Shown here in pieces: positions 1-7,873 of a DNA stretch of 21,835 bases; the first letter of the stretch is position 1, and the number at the start of each line of letters is the position of its first letter. The DNA comes from Alphaproteobacteria bacterium (GTDB taxonomy: Bacteria > Pseudomonadota > Alphaproteobacteria > UBA7887), in assembly GCA_047517485.1 (NCBI GenBank), contig JAKZSU010000063.1:1-21835 (forward strand). Direction: 5' to 3'. A program made the translations under genes and the position numbers. The notes beneath the pieces were generated by a model. That model was not told the DNA's origin and searched no databases. It saw nothing but the letters and a program-made list of their open reading frames with translations.

Positions 1-73
1 GGACGAGCCAAGCTCGCCCGCATTTACCACAGGCCCATCAACAGCAACTTTCTTCTCAAAATTATCGGTCATG
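1..73 (-). CDS. Hypothetical protein, N-terminal 24 codons only (gene continues beyond window start)
   Basis: The reverse complement of 71-86 reads AAGGAGGA-(5 nt)-ATG, a strong RBS plus start. The frame is open to the window edge (MTDNFEKKVAVDGPVVNAGELGSS...). Codon third positions are AT-rich, unlike the rest of the window. Confidence 0.3.
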
Positions 74-98
74 TTCCGGTCCTCCTTGGACACTTCGA

Positions 99-404
99 TT
101 AAGCCAATTCTGTGTCCAAGGAAATCGGGTCCGACTCAACCGCAAGAACAGCGAGCACGATCAGTCCGGCCTTGACCAGCGAGCGTACCGGGCGCCCGGG
201 CACGCACAGCGGCACCAGATTGAACGCCAGGCCGCCGAGGACGACCAGGCCGGCGCCGATCGAGAACAGGGTTTGGCTGAACGGCTGAAAGATCATCACC
301 AAGGACGCCACGCAAAGGCCGATGATCGACATTTCGACCGCCTTGGCGCTGCGTCGTGTGAGCAGCGCGCGCGCCGGTTTTTCGCTGTCGCCGAGATTGG
401 TCAT
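99..404 (-). CDS. Small hydrophobic membrane protein (about 3 TM segments), function unknown
   Basis: ORF-track frame 99..458 with internal ATG giving MTNLGDSE... Its ATG overlaps the stop of the upstream ABC-ATPase fragment (ATGA-type overlap). It has long hydrophobic stretches (IIGLCVASLVMIF, GAGLVVLGGLAFNLV, LIVLAVLAV). Confidence 0.4.
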   Translation of the reverse strand: MTNLGDSEKPARALLTRRSAKAVEMSIIGLCVASLVMIFQPFSQTLFSIGAGLVVLGGLAFNLVPLCVPGRPVRSLVKAGLIVLAVLAVESDPISLDTELA

Positions 405-787
405 GCCCGCACCAGCTCCCTGTCGGCGTTGAAAATATGCGCTTGCCCCGGCTTGCACCGCATATGAACGCGTTCGCCGAGTTCGAGCGGGGTGCCGCGC
501 GGCACCACAACGCGAACGTCGACGCCCGATTCGAGCATGTGCACCAAAATCTCGGCGCCCATCGGCTCGACGATATCGATCACCGCGCTGAAAGTGTCCG
601 GCCCCTCGCCCGGCGCCAATTTATAGGCGCGCGGGCGAATGCCGAGGGTGACCGTGCCGCCATCGGCGACGTCGGGAAGCGCCTTGACGGTCTCCGGCGC
701 CAAGCTGAGCGACACCTCCTGGTCGATCACACGAAAGCGTGCGACAGTGCCCTCGCGCTCGATCAGGGTGCCTTCGAGTAAATTCAT
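401..787 (-). pseudogene. C-terminal TOBE/regulatory domain fragment of a MalK/UgpC-type ABC transporter ATPase; the N-terminal ATPase domain is missing
   Basis: Translation ...GIRPRAYKLAPGEGPDTFSAVIDIVEPMGAEILVHM...PGQAHIFNADRE is the characteristic C-terminal domain of sugar ABC ATPases. There is no Walker A/B or LSGGQ upstream in frame. The region upstream is occupied by a different gene fragment on the opposite strand. Confidence 0.6.
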
Positions 788-799
788 TCCCGGGGTGCC

Positions 800-1046
800 G
801 ATAAAGCCGGCGACGAAGGTGCTGCGCGGCTTGGCAACGCGGACCCCGGCGGGGCATCCCGAAGGCTATCTCGAAGCGTTCGCCCAGCTCTATTGCGATA
901 AGGCGGAGCAGATTACCGCGCGGATCCAAAATCGCGCGCCGGACGCCACCGCGATGCTGGTGCCGACGGTCCATGACGGTGTCATGGGCGTGCGCTTTAT
1001 CGCCGTCGCCTCGACCGCGAACGGCGCGGCCTGGACGGCGGTATGA
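800..1046 (+). pseudogene. C-terminal fragment (about 70 aa) of a Gfo/Idh/MocA-family oxidoreductase
   Basis: Translation ...RTPAGHPEGYLEAFAQLY...APDATAMLVPTVHDGVMGVRFIAVASTANGAAWTAV* matches the conserved C-terminal signature of Gfo/Idh/MocA dehydrogenases (GHxEGYxEAFANxY ... YPTVxDG). No Rossmann N-terminus is present, and the upstream frame is antisense of the ABC fragment. The 5' boundary is approximate. Confidence 0.5.
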
Positions 1047-1076
1047 CACAGACTGTGTTCGAAGGGAGACGACGCC

Positions 1077-1844
1077 ATGACGTCTGATGCGATTTACCCA
1101 AGTCTCGAGGGCCGCAACGTGTTCATCACCGGCGGCGGGTCCGGCATCGGCGCGGCGATCGTCGAGAAATTTTGCGCCCAGCGCGCCAATGTCACTTTTG
1201 TCGATATCAATGTCGAGGCGAGCGAGGCCTTGGTGGCACGGATGGCGGCGGCGGGATATCCCGCGCCGACCTTCATCGAATGCGATCTGCGCGACATCCC
1301 GGCGTTGCAGGCGACGATCCGCGGGGTGATCGACCGGACCGGACCGATTAGGGTGCTGATCAATAACGCCGCGAACGACGATCGTCATGCCTTGCAGGAC
1401 GTCACGCCGGAATATTTCGACGACCGCATCGCGGTCAATCTCAAGCACCATTTGTTCACCACCCAAGCGGTCGAGGCGGCGATGGCCGAGGCCGGTGGTG
1501 GCGCCATCGTCAATTTGGGATCGGTCTCATGGCTGGTCGGTCAAGGCGGCATGCCGGTCTATTCGGCGGCCAAGGCGGCGATCGCCGGCCTCACCCGTTC
1601 GCTGGCACGCGATCTCGGCCCCAAGAACATCCGCGTCAATTCGGTCCTCCCCGGATGGATCATGACCGAACGCCAGCTCGACAAGTGGATGACCCCGGAA
1701 GGCGAGGCGACGCTGCTCGAGCATCAATGCCTGAAGCGCAAACTGACGCCGGAGGATCTCGCCCGGGTGGTGCTGTTTTTTGCGTCCGACGACAGCGGCA
1801 TCTGCACCAATCAGAATTATATCGCCGACGGCGGCTGGGTTTAG
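1077..1844 (+). CDS. Short-chain dehydrogenase/reductase (SDR) family oxidoreductase
   Basis: N-terminal TGGGSGIGAAI (TGxxxGIG) cofactor motif, NNAAND, and catalytic YSAAKAAIAGLTRSLA (YxxxK). 255 aa is typical for classical SDRs. Confidence 0.9.
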   Translation: MTSDAIYPSLEGRNVFITGGGSGIGAAIVEKFCAQRANVTFVDINVEASEALVARMAAAGYPAPTFIECDLRDIPALQATIRGVIDRTGPIRVLINNAANDDRHALQDVTPEYFDDRIAVNLKHHLFTTQAVEAAMAEAGGGAIVNLGSVSWLVGQGGMPVYSAAKAAIAGLTRSLARDLGPKNIRVNSVLPGWIMTERQLDKWMTPEGEATLLEHQCLKRKLTPEDLARVVLFFASDDSGICTNQNYIADGGWV

Positions 1845-1853
1845 AATTCCCCC

Positions 1854-2726
1854 GTGGCCGAAGACGTCGAGTGCATCTGGCCGGCGGGCGCCATTCTCGG
1901 CGAGGGCCCGCTTTGGGTCGCCGACGAAGCGGCGCTCTATTGGGTCGATATCAAGGCGCCGGCGATCCATCGCTATGAGTCGCGGACCCGCGCGCGCGAC
2001 AGCTGGCCGATGCCGGAGCCCATCGGCTGTCTGTGCCGGCGGATGAGCGGTGGCTTCGTCGCCGGATTGAAGAGCGGTTTCGCGTTCCTCGATTCCGATC
2101 TCGGCAACCTCGAGCGGTTCGACGGTCCCGAGACCGATTCATCCGGCAATCGCACCAACGACGGCAAGGTCGACGCCCAAGGCCGGCTGTGGGCCGGAAC
2201 CATGGACGATGCGGAAATCGAAGCGACCGGCGCGCTTTACCGCCTCGACCCGGATCACGGCTGGCAAACCATGGACACCGGTTACGTGATTACCAACGGC
2301 CCGGCCTTCAGTCCCGACGGCAACACGCTCTATCACACCGATACGTTGGCGCGGACGATCTTCGCGTTCGATCTGTCGGACGATGGAAAAATTATGAATA
2401 AACGATCATTCATTAAATTTCCGGATCTACACGGCTATCCCGACGGCATGACCGCCGATGCCGAGGGATACCTCTGGGTGGCCCATTTCGGCGGTTGGCG
2501 GGTAACGCGGTTCGACCCCAACGGCGAGGCGGAACGGGTGATTCGGCTGCCGGTCTCGAATATCACCAGTTGCACCTTCGGCGGGCCGGATACCACGCAG
2601 CTCTTCATCACCACCGCAACCAAGGGCCTGGACGACGCGGCACTCGCTGGCCAACCCTTGGCCGGGGGTTTGTTTGCCGTGGAAACTGGGATCGAAGGGC
2701 TTCCTACCCCCGCCTATGCCGGATGA
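1854..2726 (+). CDS. SMP-30/gluconolactonase/LRE-like sugar lactonase (GTG start)
   Basis: Motifs GEGPLWVADEAALYWVDI, NDGKVDAQGRLWAGTM, ITNGPAFSPDGNTLYHTDT and YPDGMTADAEGYLWVA are typical of the regucalcin/gluconolactonase beta-propeller. It starts 9 nt after the SDR stop. Confidence 0.88.
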   Translation: MAEDVECIWPAGAILGEGPLWVADEAALYWVDIKAPAIHRYESRTRARDSWPMPEPIGCLCRRMSGGFVAGLKSGFAFLDSDLGNLERFDGPETDSSGNRTNDGKVDAQGRLWAGTMDDAEIEATGALYRLDPDHGWQTMDTGYVITNGPAFSPDGNTLYHTDTLARTIFAFDLSDDGKIMNKRSFIKFPDLHGYPDGMTADAEGYLWVAHFGGWRVTRFDPNGEAERVIRLPVSNITSCTFGGPDTTQLFITTATKGLDDAALAGQPLAGGLFAVETGIEGLPTPAYAG

Positions 2727-3598
2727 ATTATTGGTTTGAACGAGACCCGCGCCGATAAGGTTTCGCCCGGCGCGAGCGCCCGCATACTGGTATTCGGCGC
2801 GCCGTCGGCGGCCCGGTTGAAGGCATCGGTCATGTGGCTGACCGGCTCGACACAGAAAAAATCGCCGCCGGGAGGGGCGTACACGACCAACTTTCGCAGC
2901 GCTGTATCCGCCGCGATCTCAAGCGATGCGCCTTCGTCGGGCCACGCGATGCTGGCGCGACCGCTCCAGCTGTCAAATCCATTGTCGATCGCCATGTCGC
3001 GAACTTCGACCCCCGTCGCCAAGTCCCAACTTGGCGGCGGGCGTACCCGCTTGGTCGGCATGACTTCGTCGTCGGTCAACCAAACGGCATCGACATCGGC
3101 GCCGAGCGTCGCGTTCGCGCGCAGCGGAAAATAGGGGTGGAGGCCGAGCCCCGCCGGCATTTTCTCAATCGACAGATTGCGCACCGAGACTTCGATCTCG
3201 AGCGCGCCGACCGAAAGGCGAAATGATTGTCGCGCCTCGTATTCAAACGGCCAGGCATCGGCGGCATGGCGATTGACGAGATCGAGTCGGTCGGCGCCTT
3301 GGTCGGCGATCTGCCACGGCGCTTGCCAGCCGTGGCCGTGGATACTGTGGGGGTGATCGGCGAAATTGAGTGGCAGCGCGATTTCCCGGTCGGCGAAGTG
3401 AAAACGACCGTTTCGTATCCGGTTCGAATAGGGGACTAGCGGAAAGCACGCCGCCGAAAGAGCGTCGGTGCCACTGGCGGCCTTGAACCAATCGATCCGC
3501 CCGGTGCGCGCCTCGGTCCAGAAGGCGGTGACGATCCCGCCAGCATTCGGCGCTACCTCCAGACAAAGGTTCTCAGCGCGTAACGAAATCCGATCCAT
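2714..3598 (-). CDS. Aldose 1-epimerase (galactose mutarotase-like) family protein
   Basis: Motifs HPHSIHGHGWQ, LGLHPYFPL and FFCVEPVSH fit the aldose-epimerase fold signatures. It is convergent with, and overlaps by 13 nt, the lactonase gene. Confidence 0.75.
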   Translation of the reverse strand: MDRISLRAENLCLEVAPNAGGIVTAFWTEARTGRIDWFKAASGTDALSAACFPLVPYSNRIRNGRFHFADREIALPLNFADHPHSIHGHGWQAPWQIADQGADRLDLVNRHAADAWPFEYEARQSFRLSVGALEIEVSVRNLSIEKMPAGLGLHPYFPLRANATLGADVDAVWLTDDEVMPTKRVRPPPSWDLATGVEVRDMAIDNGFDSWSGRASIAWPDEGASLEIAADTALRKLVVYAPPGGDFFCVEPVSHMTDAFNRAADGAPNTSMRALAPGETLSARVSFKPIIHPA

Positions 3599-3607
3599 CG
3601 AGGTGGA

Positions 3608-4078
3608 TCAGAGCAAATCCGAGCATTTTCGCAGTGCCTTGGCGGTCGCGTAATCATAGGCCGTCGCCTCGTCGCCACCGCGCACCTTGCCGGCCGAGAA
3701 CGATACGCCGCCCACCGAGCCGGTCCGAGTACCGCCGCCGCTCACCCGCCCGGAGCCAAACTGCGACTTGGAGGTGCCGCTTTCAGCCAAGGTGAGCTTG
3801 ACCATCACGGTCACCTCGTCGCCCTCGCGGCGGCGATCGGCGACCTCCCAGGTCCAGCCATCGGCGCCATAGCGGTCGTCGAGAAACCGCGCGACATCTT
3901 GGGCACCTTTCGGCACCGGCTGGCTCGCGGCGGCCGGTGCCGCCGACACGGTCGGCGCGGGCGACACGGTCGGCGCGGGCGCGCTGCCGCCGTCAAACAA
4001 GCTGTCGAATTGCTGGCGATTGCGGCTAAGCATGTCGTCGAACGATGACGCGAACCCCTGTTTCGGCGAATTAGTCAT
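3608..4078 (-). CDS. Hypothetical 156-aa protein with an uncharacterised conserved core (paralog of the HyuB N-terminal extension); weak Rad52/Rad22-like beta-hairpin/helix motif
   Basis: ATG overlaps the TGA of the upstream isochorismatase-family gene (ATGA) and it lies 9 nt upstream of the epimerase gene. Blocks DDMLSRNRQQFDSLF, DGWTWEV...VTVMVKLTLAESGTSKSQFGSGRV and ATAYDYATAKALRKCSDLL align with residues 20-140 of the 10392..12671 protein. A Pro/Ala-rich linker contains an 18-bp tandem duplication. Confidence 0.6.
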   Translation of the reverse strand: MTNSPKQGFASSFDDMLSRNRQQFDSLFDGGSAPAPTVSPAPTVSAAPAAASQPVPKGAQDVARFLDDRYGADGWTWEVADRRREGDEVTVMVKLTLAESGTSKSQFGSGRVSGGGTRTGSVGGVSFSAGKVRGGDEATAYDYATAKALRKCSDLL

Positions 4079-4767
4079 GCGACGGCGCTATCCTCTCGGT
4101 TCCACCAACTTTGGAAACCCGCGCCGTCCGCGGCACCGAGCGCGCGCAAATAGGACAGGACTTCGTGGCCGTCGATCACATCGCCATATTTGGCGTCGAT
4201 GTCGAACAGGTTGGCCTCGTGCGGCCCCGCGGCGCGATCGCCGACCGCGTCGCGGACGACGACGGTGCGGTAGCCGTACTGCATCGCATCGATCGCCGAG
4301 GCCCGCACGCAGCCGCTGGTGGTGGCGCCGACGATGACCACCGTATCGACGCCGTGCCCACGCAGGCGGGTGTCGAGGTCGGTGCCGAAAAAGGCGCTGG
4401 CGAAAAATTTCTCGAGCACCGGCTCGCCGCCGAGCGGGCGAATCCGATCATCGATGGCGACGGCGCGCGATCCCCGGACCAGGACCTTCAGCGACGGCAC
4501 CTTCTTGATGAACACGCCGGCGTCGCGCAGATCTTCATAGACCACGGTGGTGAACAGAATGGGGTGGCCGCCGGCGCGAAACGCCGCAAGCAGATCCGCC
4601 GTCACCTTGAGTTCGGACGGGTAATCGCCGCCGAGCGGGCTCGTCGGATCGGTGAAGCCGTTGCTGAAATCGACCACCAGGAACGCCGGCTTGACGCCAA
4701 AGCCCGAGCGCTCGGCGAGACCCTTCCGCTGGTAATCCTCGAACGTGCTTTGCCGCGACTGGTCCAT
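4075..4767 (-). CDS. Isochorismatase-family cysteine hydrolase (N-carbamoylsarcosine amidase / cysteine amidohydrolase-like)
   Basis: Motifs AFLVVDFSNGF (catalytic Asp region) and VVIVGATTSGCVRASAIDA (catalytic Cys) match the isochorismatase/CSHase fold. GGAGG sits 6 nt upstream of the ATG at 4767. The longer track ORF (to 5007) is an Arg-rich N-terminal artefact. Confidence 0.8.
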   Translation of the reverse strand: MDQSRQSTFEDYQRKGLAERSGFGVKPAFLVVDFSNGFTDPTSPLGGDYPSELKVTADLLAAFRAGGHPILFTTVVYEDLRDAGVFIKKVPSLKVLVRGSRAVAIDDRIRPLGGEPVLEKFFASAFFGTDLDTRLRGHGVDTVVIVGATTSGCVRASAIDAMQYGYRTVVVRDAVGDRAAGPHEANLFDIDAKYGDVIDGHEVLSYLRALGAADGAGFQSWWNREDSAVA

Positions 4768-4904
4768 GACCACCCTCCAACAACGATGAAACCCGCGGTG
4801 ACGATACCCAAGCCGCGACCGGCGATCAATGCCGGCCCTTGCCGGACGTGGGTGAGAAGACGCAAGATGCGGCCGGACGACAAAAGATCGACGGAGGATA
4901 CGCG

Positions 4905-5942
4905 ATGAGCGACGACAAGGATGGGAAATATTCCCCTGGCGCCGGACGGCTTGGTCGAGGCCCGAGCTACCGGCCGAGCTCGCTGATCGGCGGCGGCGGC
5001 ACGGCAACCAGCACCGAACGGACAGCGGGCGCGGCGGCCGGCGGCAAGAAAGAAATCCTCTGCGCCTTTGGCGTCGATGTCGACGCGGTCGCCGGCTGGC
5101 TGGGCTCCTACGGCGGCGAGGATTCGCCGTGCGACATTTCGCGCGGCCTGTTCTCCGGCGAGGTCGGGGTGCCGCGTCTGGTCAGACTGTTCGATCGCTT
5201 GGATCTGCAAACCTCGTGGTTCATTCCCGGCCACTCGATCGAGACCTTTCCCGATCAATGCCGCATGGTGGTCGACGCCGGTCACGAAATCGGCATGCAC
5301 GGCTACAGCCACGAAAATCCGATCGCCATGACCCGGGTCCAGGAAGAGGCGATCATGGACAAGTGCATCGACCTGATCGAAAAGTTGAGCGGCCGGCGGC
5401 CCACCGGCTATGTCGCGCCGTGGTGGGAATTCAGCGCGGTGACCAATGAGTTGTTGCTCAGCCGCGGCATCAAATACGACCACAGCTTGATGAACAATGA
5501 CTTCCATCCGTTCTATGTGCGGGTCGGCGACAGTTGGACGCCGATCGATTACTCGCAGCATCCCGACGTCTGGATGAAACCGCTGGTGCGCGGCGAGGAG
5601 ACCGATCTCATCGACATCCCCGGGTCGTGGTATCTCGACGATCTGCCGCCGATGATGTTTATCAAATCGGCGCCGAACAGTTTCGGCTTCGTCAATCCAC
5701 GCGACATCGAGGAATTGTGGCGCGACCAGTTCGACTGGGTGTACCGCGAGTACGACTACGCGGTGTTCACCATGACCATTCACCCCGATGTCTCCGGCCG
5801 ACCGCAGGTCCTGTTGATGCTTGAGCGGCTGATCGAATATATCCGCGGCCACGGCGGCGTGCGCTTCACCACGTTCGACGATATCGCCGACGATTTCGCC
5901 CGCCGCCATCCGCGCGAGGGGGCCAGCGTGGCCGCCGAATAG
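4905..5942 (+). CDS. Polysaccharide deacetylase (NodB-homology) family hydrolase, possibly a cyclic-amide/allantoin-type amidohydrolase
   Basis: Motifs [11 protein letters not shown] (Asp-x-Asp motif 1) and [13 protein letters not shown] (His-His metal motif) are present. GGAGGA sits 8 nt before the ATG at 4905. Confidence 0.85.
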   Translation: MSDDKDGKYSPGAGRLGRGPSYRPSSLIGGGGTATSTERTAGAAAGGKKEILCAFGVDVDAVAGWLGSYGGEDSPCDISRGLFSGEVGVPRLVRLFDRLDLQTSWFIPGHSIETFPDQCRMVVDAGHEIGMHGYSHENPIAMTRVQEEAIMDKCIDLIEKLSGRRPTGYVAPWWEFSAVTNELLLSRGIKYDHSLMNNDFHPFYVRVGDSWTPIDYSQHPDVWMKPLVRGEETDLIDIPGSWYLDDLPPMMFIKSAPNSFGFVNPRDIEELWRDQFDWVYREYDYAVFTMTIHPDVSGRPQVLLMLERLIEYIRGHGGVRFTTFDDIADDFARRHPREGASVAAE

Positions 5943-5952
5943 GATTCTCGCA

Positions 5953-6273
5953 ATGTGCAGTCTGTGCGGCATGATCGGTGGACGGGGGCATTGGACCGAG
6001 AGCGGTAGCCACCCGGAAGCTTTCCGGCGCGAGACGCCGAGTACGCGTGGGCGCGAACGCCAGCACCGCACCCGGCAGGTCAATCGGGTGCTCGCGCACT
6101 ATGGCTTGGTGGTGTCCGACTTTTCAGGCTCGGGTTATGTGCTGCGCACCCGCACCGGCCGCAGCGCGATGATCGCCAATATGACCGAGCTGTGGGCCGA
6201 GGCCGAGCGCCTGACCGGGCGCGCCTGCGACCCGCTGGATGGCGCGCTGCTCACCGCGCTCGAAAGCTCGTAA
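5953..6273 (+). CDS. Hypothetical 106-aa protein with N-terminal CSLCG (CxxC) motif, in operon with COG0523 GTPase
   Basis: GC3-rich coding frame. It starts 10 nt after the deacetylase stop and ends 8 nt before the COG0523 ATG. No recognisable family. Confidence 0.45.
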   Translation: MCSLCGMIGGRGHWTESGSHPEAFRRETPSTRGRERQHRTRQVNRVLAHYGLVVSDFSGSGYVLRTRTGRSAMIANMTELWAEAERLTGRACDPLDGALLTALESS

Positions 6274-6281
6274 GGCCGGTC

Positions 6282-7274
6282 ATGGGCGCCTACGCCGACC
6301 TCATTCCCATTCACGTGCTGACCGGCTTTCTCGGTAGCGGCAAGACCACCGTGTTGAAGCGTTTGCTGCAATCGCCGCGCCTCCAAGATACCGCGGTCCT
6401 GGTCAACGAATTCGGCGAGGTCGGTCTCGATCACCATCTCATCGAGCACGCCAGCGAGAGCACGCTACTGCTCGACAATGGCTGCCTGTGCTGCGCCGTG
6501 CGTGGCGATCTGCAAGCCAGCTTGCGCGATCTGCTGGACCGCCGCGAACGCGGCGAGATCCCGCGCTTCGAACGCGTCGTCATCGAGACCTCGGGGCTCG
6601 CCGATCCAGTGCCGATCGCCTACACCGTGCTCGCCGATCCGCTGGTGCAACATCACTACCGCCTCGGCAATATTTTGACCGTCGTCGACGCGGTGAACAC
6701 GCTGGCCGGCCTGTCGCGCTTCCCGGAATCGGAAAAGCAGGTGTTGACCGCCGATCATCTGCTGATCAGCAAACTCGACCTCGCCGACGCCGAGGACCCG
6801 CGCGCGCTGCTCGCCCGGCTCAATCCGTCGGCCCGGATCAGCGACGCATCGGACCTCGATCCGGCGGCGCTGCTCGCCGACGATCTCTATACCGAGGCGG
6901 GCAAGAAGCGCGCGGTGGATACCTGGCGGCAAGCACCGACCGAGCATAGCCACGACAGCGCGGTGACCTCGTTCTGCCTGACCTTCGACGCGCCGCTCGA
7001 TTGGAGCGCCTTCGGCATCTGGATGACCATGCTGCTCAACCGCCACGGCGAAAAGGTTCTGCGCATAAAAGGATTGCTGAATGTCGCGGGGCTCAGCGCC
7101 CCGGTGCTGGTCAACGGCGTGCAGCACATAGTCCATCCGCCGACCCACCTCGACGCCTGGCCGGACGAGGACCGGCGGTCACGGCTGATTTTTATTACTC
7201 GCGATTTGCAGCGCGAACCGATCGAGGCGTCGTTGGCGGCTTTCAATGCGTTGGCGAATAGGCAGGCCGCTTAA
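6282..7274 (+). CDS. COG0523 / CobW-family metallochaperone GTPase (G3E family)
   Basis: Walker A GFLGSGKTT, signature DNGCLCCAV (GCxCC metal-binding motif), a switch region, and a CobW C-terminal domain. The real start is probably MGAYADLIPIHVLTG at 6282. Confidence 0.9.
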   Translation: MGAYADLIPIHVLTGFLGSGKTTVLKRLLQSPRLQDTAVLVNEFGEVGLDHHLIEHASESTLLLDNGCLCCAVRGDLQASLRDLLDRRERGEIPRFERVVIETSGLADPVPIAYTVLADPLVQHHYRLGNILTVVDAVNTLAGLSRFPESEKQVLTADHLLISKLDLADAEDPRALLARLNPSARISDASDLDPAALLADDLYTEAGKKRAVDTWRQAPTEHSHDSAVTSFCLTFDAPLDWSAFGIWMTMLLNRHGEKVLRIKGLLNVAGLSAPVLVNGVQHIVHPPTHLDAWPDEDRRSRLIFITRDLQREPIEASLAAFNALANRQAA

Positions 7275-7277
7275 GCG

Positions 7278-7808
7278 TTATTCCGCCGGCCCGCGCGTAA
7301 TGTCGCCGCGCCCCGGCGCCCGTTTCGGCCGCCAGCCGGAGCGGAAGGCGCGCACGACGTGGTGCAGCAGGTAGAACGCGACGGCGAGGATCACCAGCAA
7401 GACGATCGTCAGCAGGTGGCTGCCGAAGCCGCGGTCGACGGTCTCGGTTTGGCCGATCAAGGTCTCGCTCAGCATGACGATCGCCTGCAGGGTGGCGCCG
7501 GCGCAGAAGATGACCGCCACCAGGATCGAGATCTGCAGGGTGTCGAAAATCAATTCCTCGGCATTCAGTTCGCCGGCGCTGCGGAAAATCTTCGCCCGAA
7601 AGGTCTGCCAATGGGCAATCGCGTAGCCGACGACGCCGACCAGCGAGGCGAACCAGAAAATCAGATTGTCGGATTTGATGTGGGTGATGCCGTCGACGAC
7701 AAAGGCCTCGAACGGCTGATAAAAGTAGAGAAATATCAAGCCGATGATGATCGCGATGACCGTCATCCAAAACCGCGGCGTGCGCGCGCTCAAAGGCTTT
7801 TCGTCCAT
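7278..7808 (-). CDS. Hypothetical integral membrane protein (about 4 TM), function unknown
   Basis: 176-aa frame with hydrophobic helices (WMTVIAIIIGLIFLYFY, LIFWFASLVGVVGYAI, ISILVAVIFCAGATL, LLTIVLLVILAVAFYLL). The overlapping frames are Arg/Asp-rich shadow ORFs. Confidence 0.5.
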   Translation of the reverse strand: MDEKPLSARTPRFWMTVIAIIIGLIFLYFYQPFEAFVVDGITHIKSDNLIFWFASLVGVVGYAIAHWQTFRAKIFRSAGELNAEELIFDTLQISILVAVIFCAGATLQAIVMLSETLIGQTETVDRGFGSHLLTIVLLVILAVAFYLLHHVVRAFRSGWRPKRAPGRGDITRGPAE

Positions 7809-7873
7809 GTCCCTCGTCCAAACCCGCTGCCAACGGTGGGCGACGCTACACCATCGATCCCGGGTCGTCCACC

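Noticed and set aside
621-1466. 281-aa minus-strand ORF spanning the remnant region and the SDR start
   Set aside because: It is Arg-rich with no motifs. It overlaps the SDR gene (clear TGxxxGIG/YxxxK) and the Gfo/Idh/MocA remnant on the other strand.
3608-4078. Phage-type Rad52/Sak recombinase gene marking a prophage
   Set aside because: There is no integrase, terminase, capsid or other phage gene nearby. The ORF is embedded in and translationally coupled to metabolic genes. The Rad52 resemblance is confined to one short motif and needs profile or structure confirmation.
4602-6083. 493-aa minus-strand ORF across the deacetylase gene
   Set aside because: It is antisense to a frame with a clear NodB motif, RBS and start. 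The translation is Arg/Ala/Gly-rich low-complexity with no motifs.
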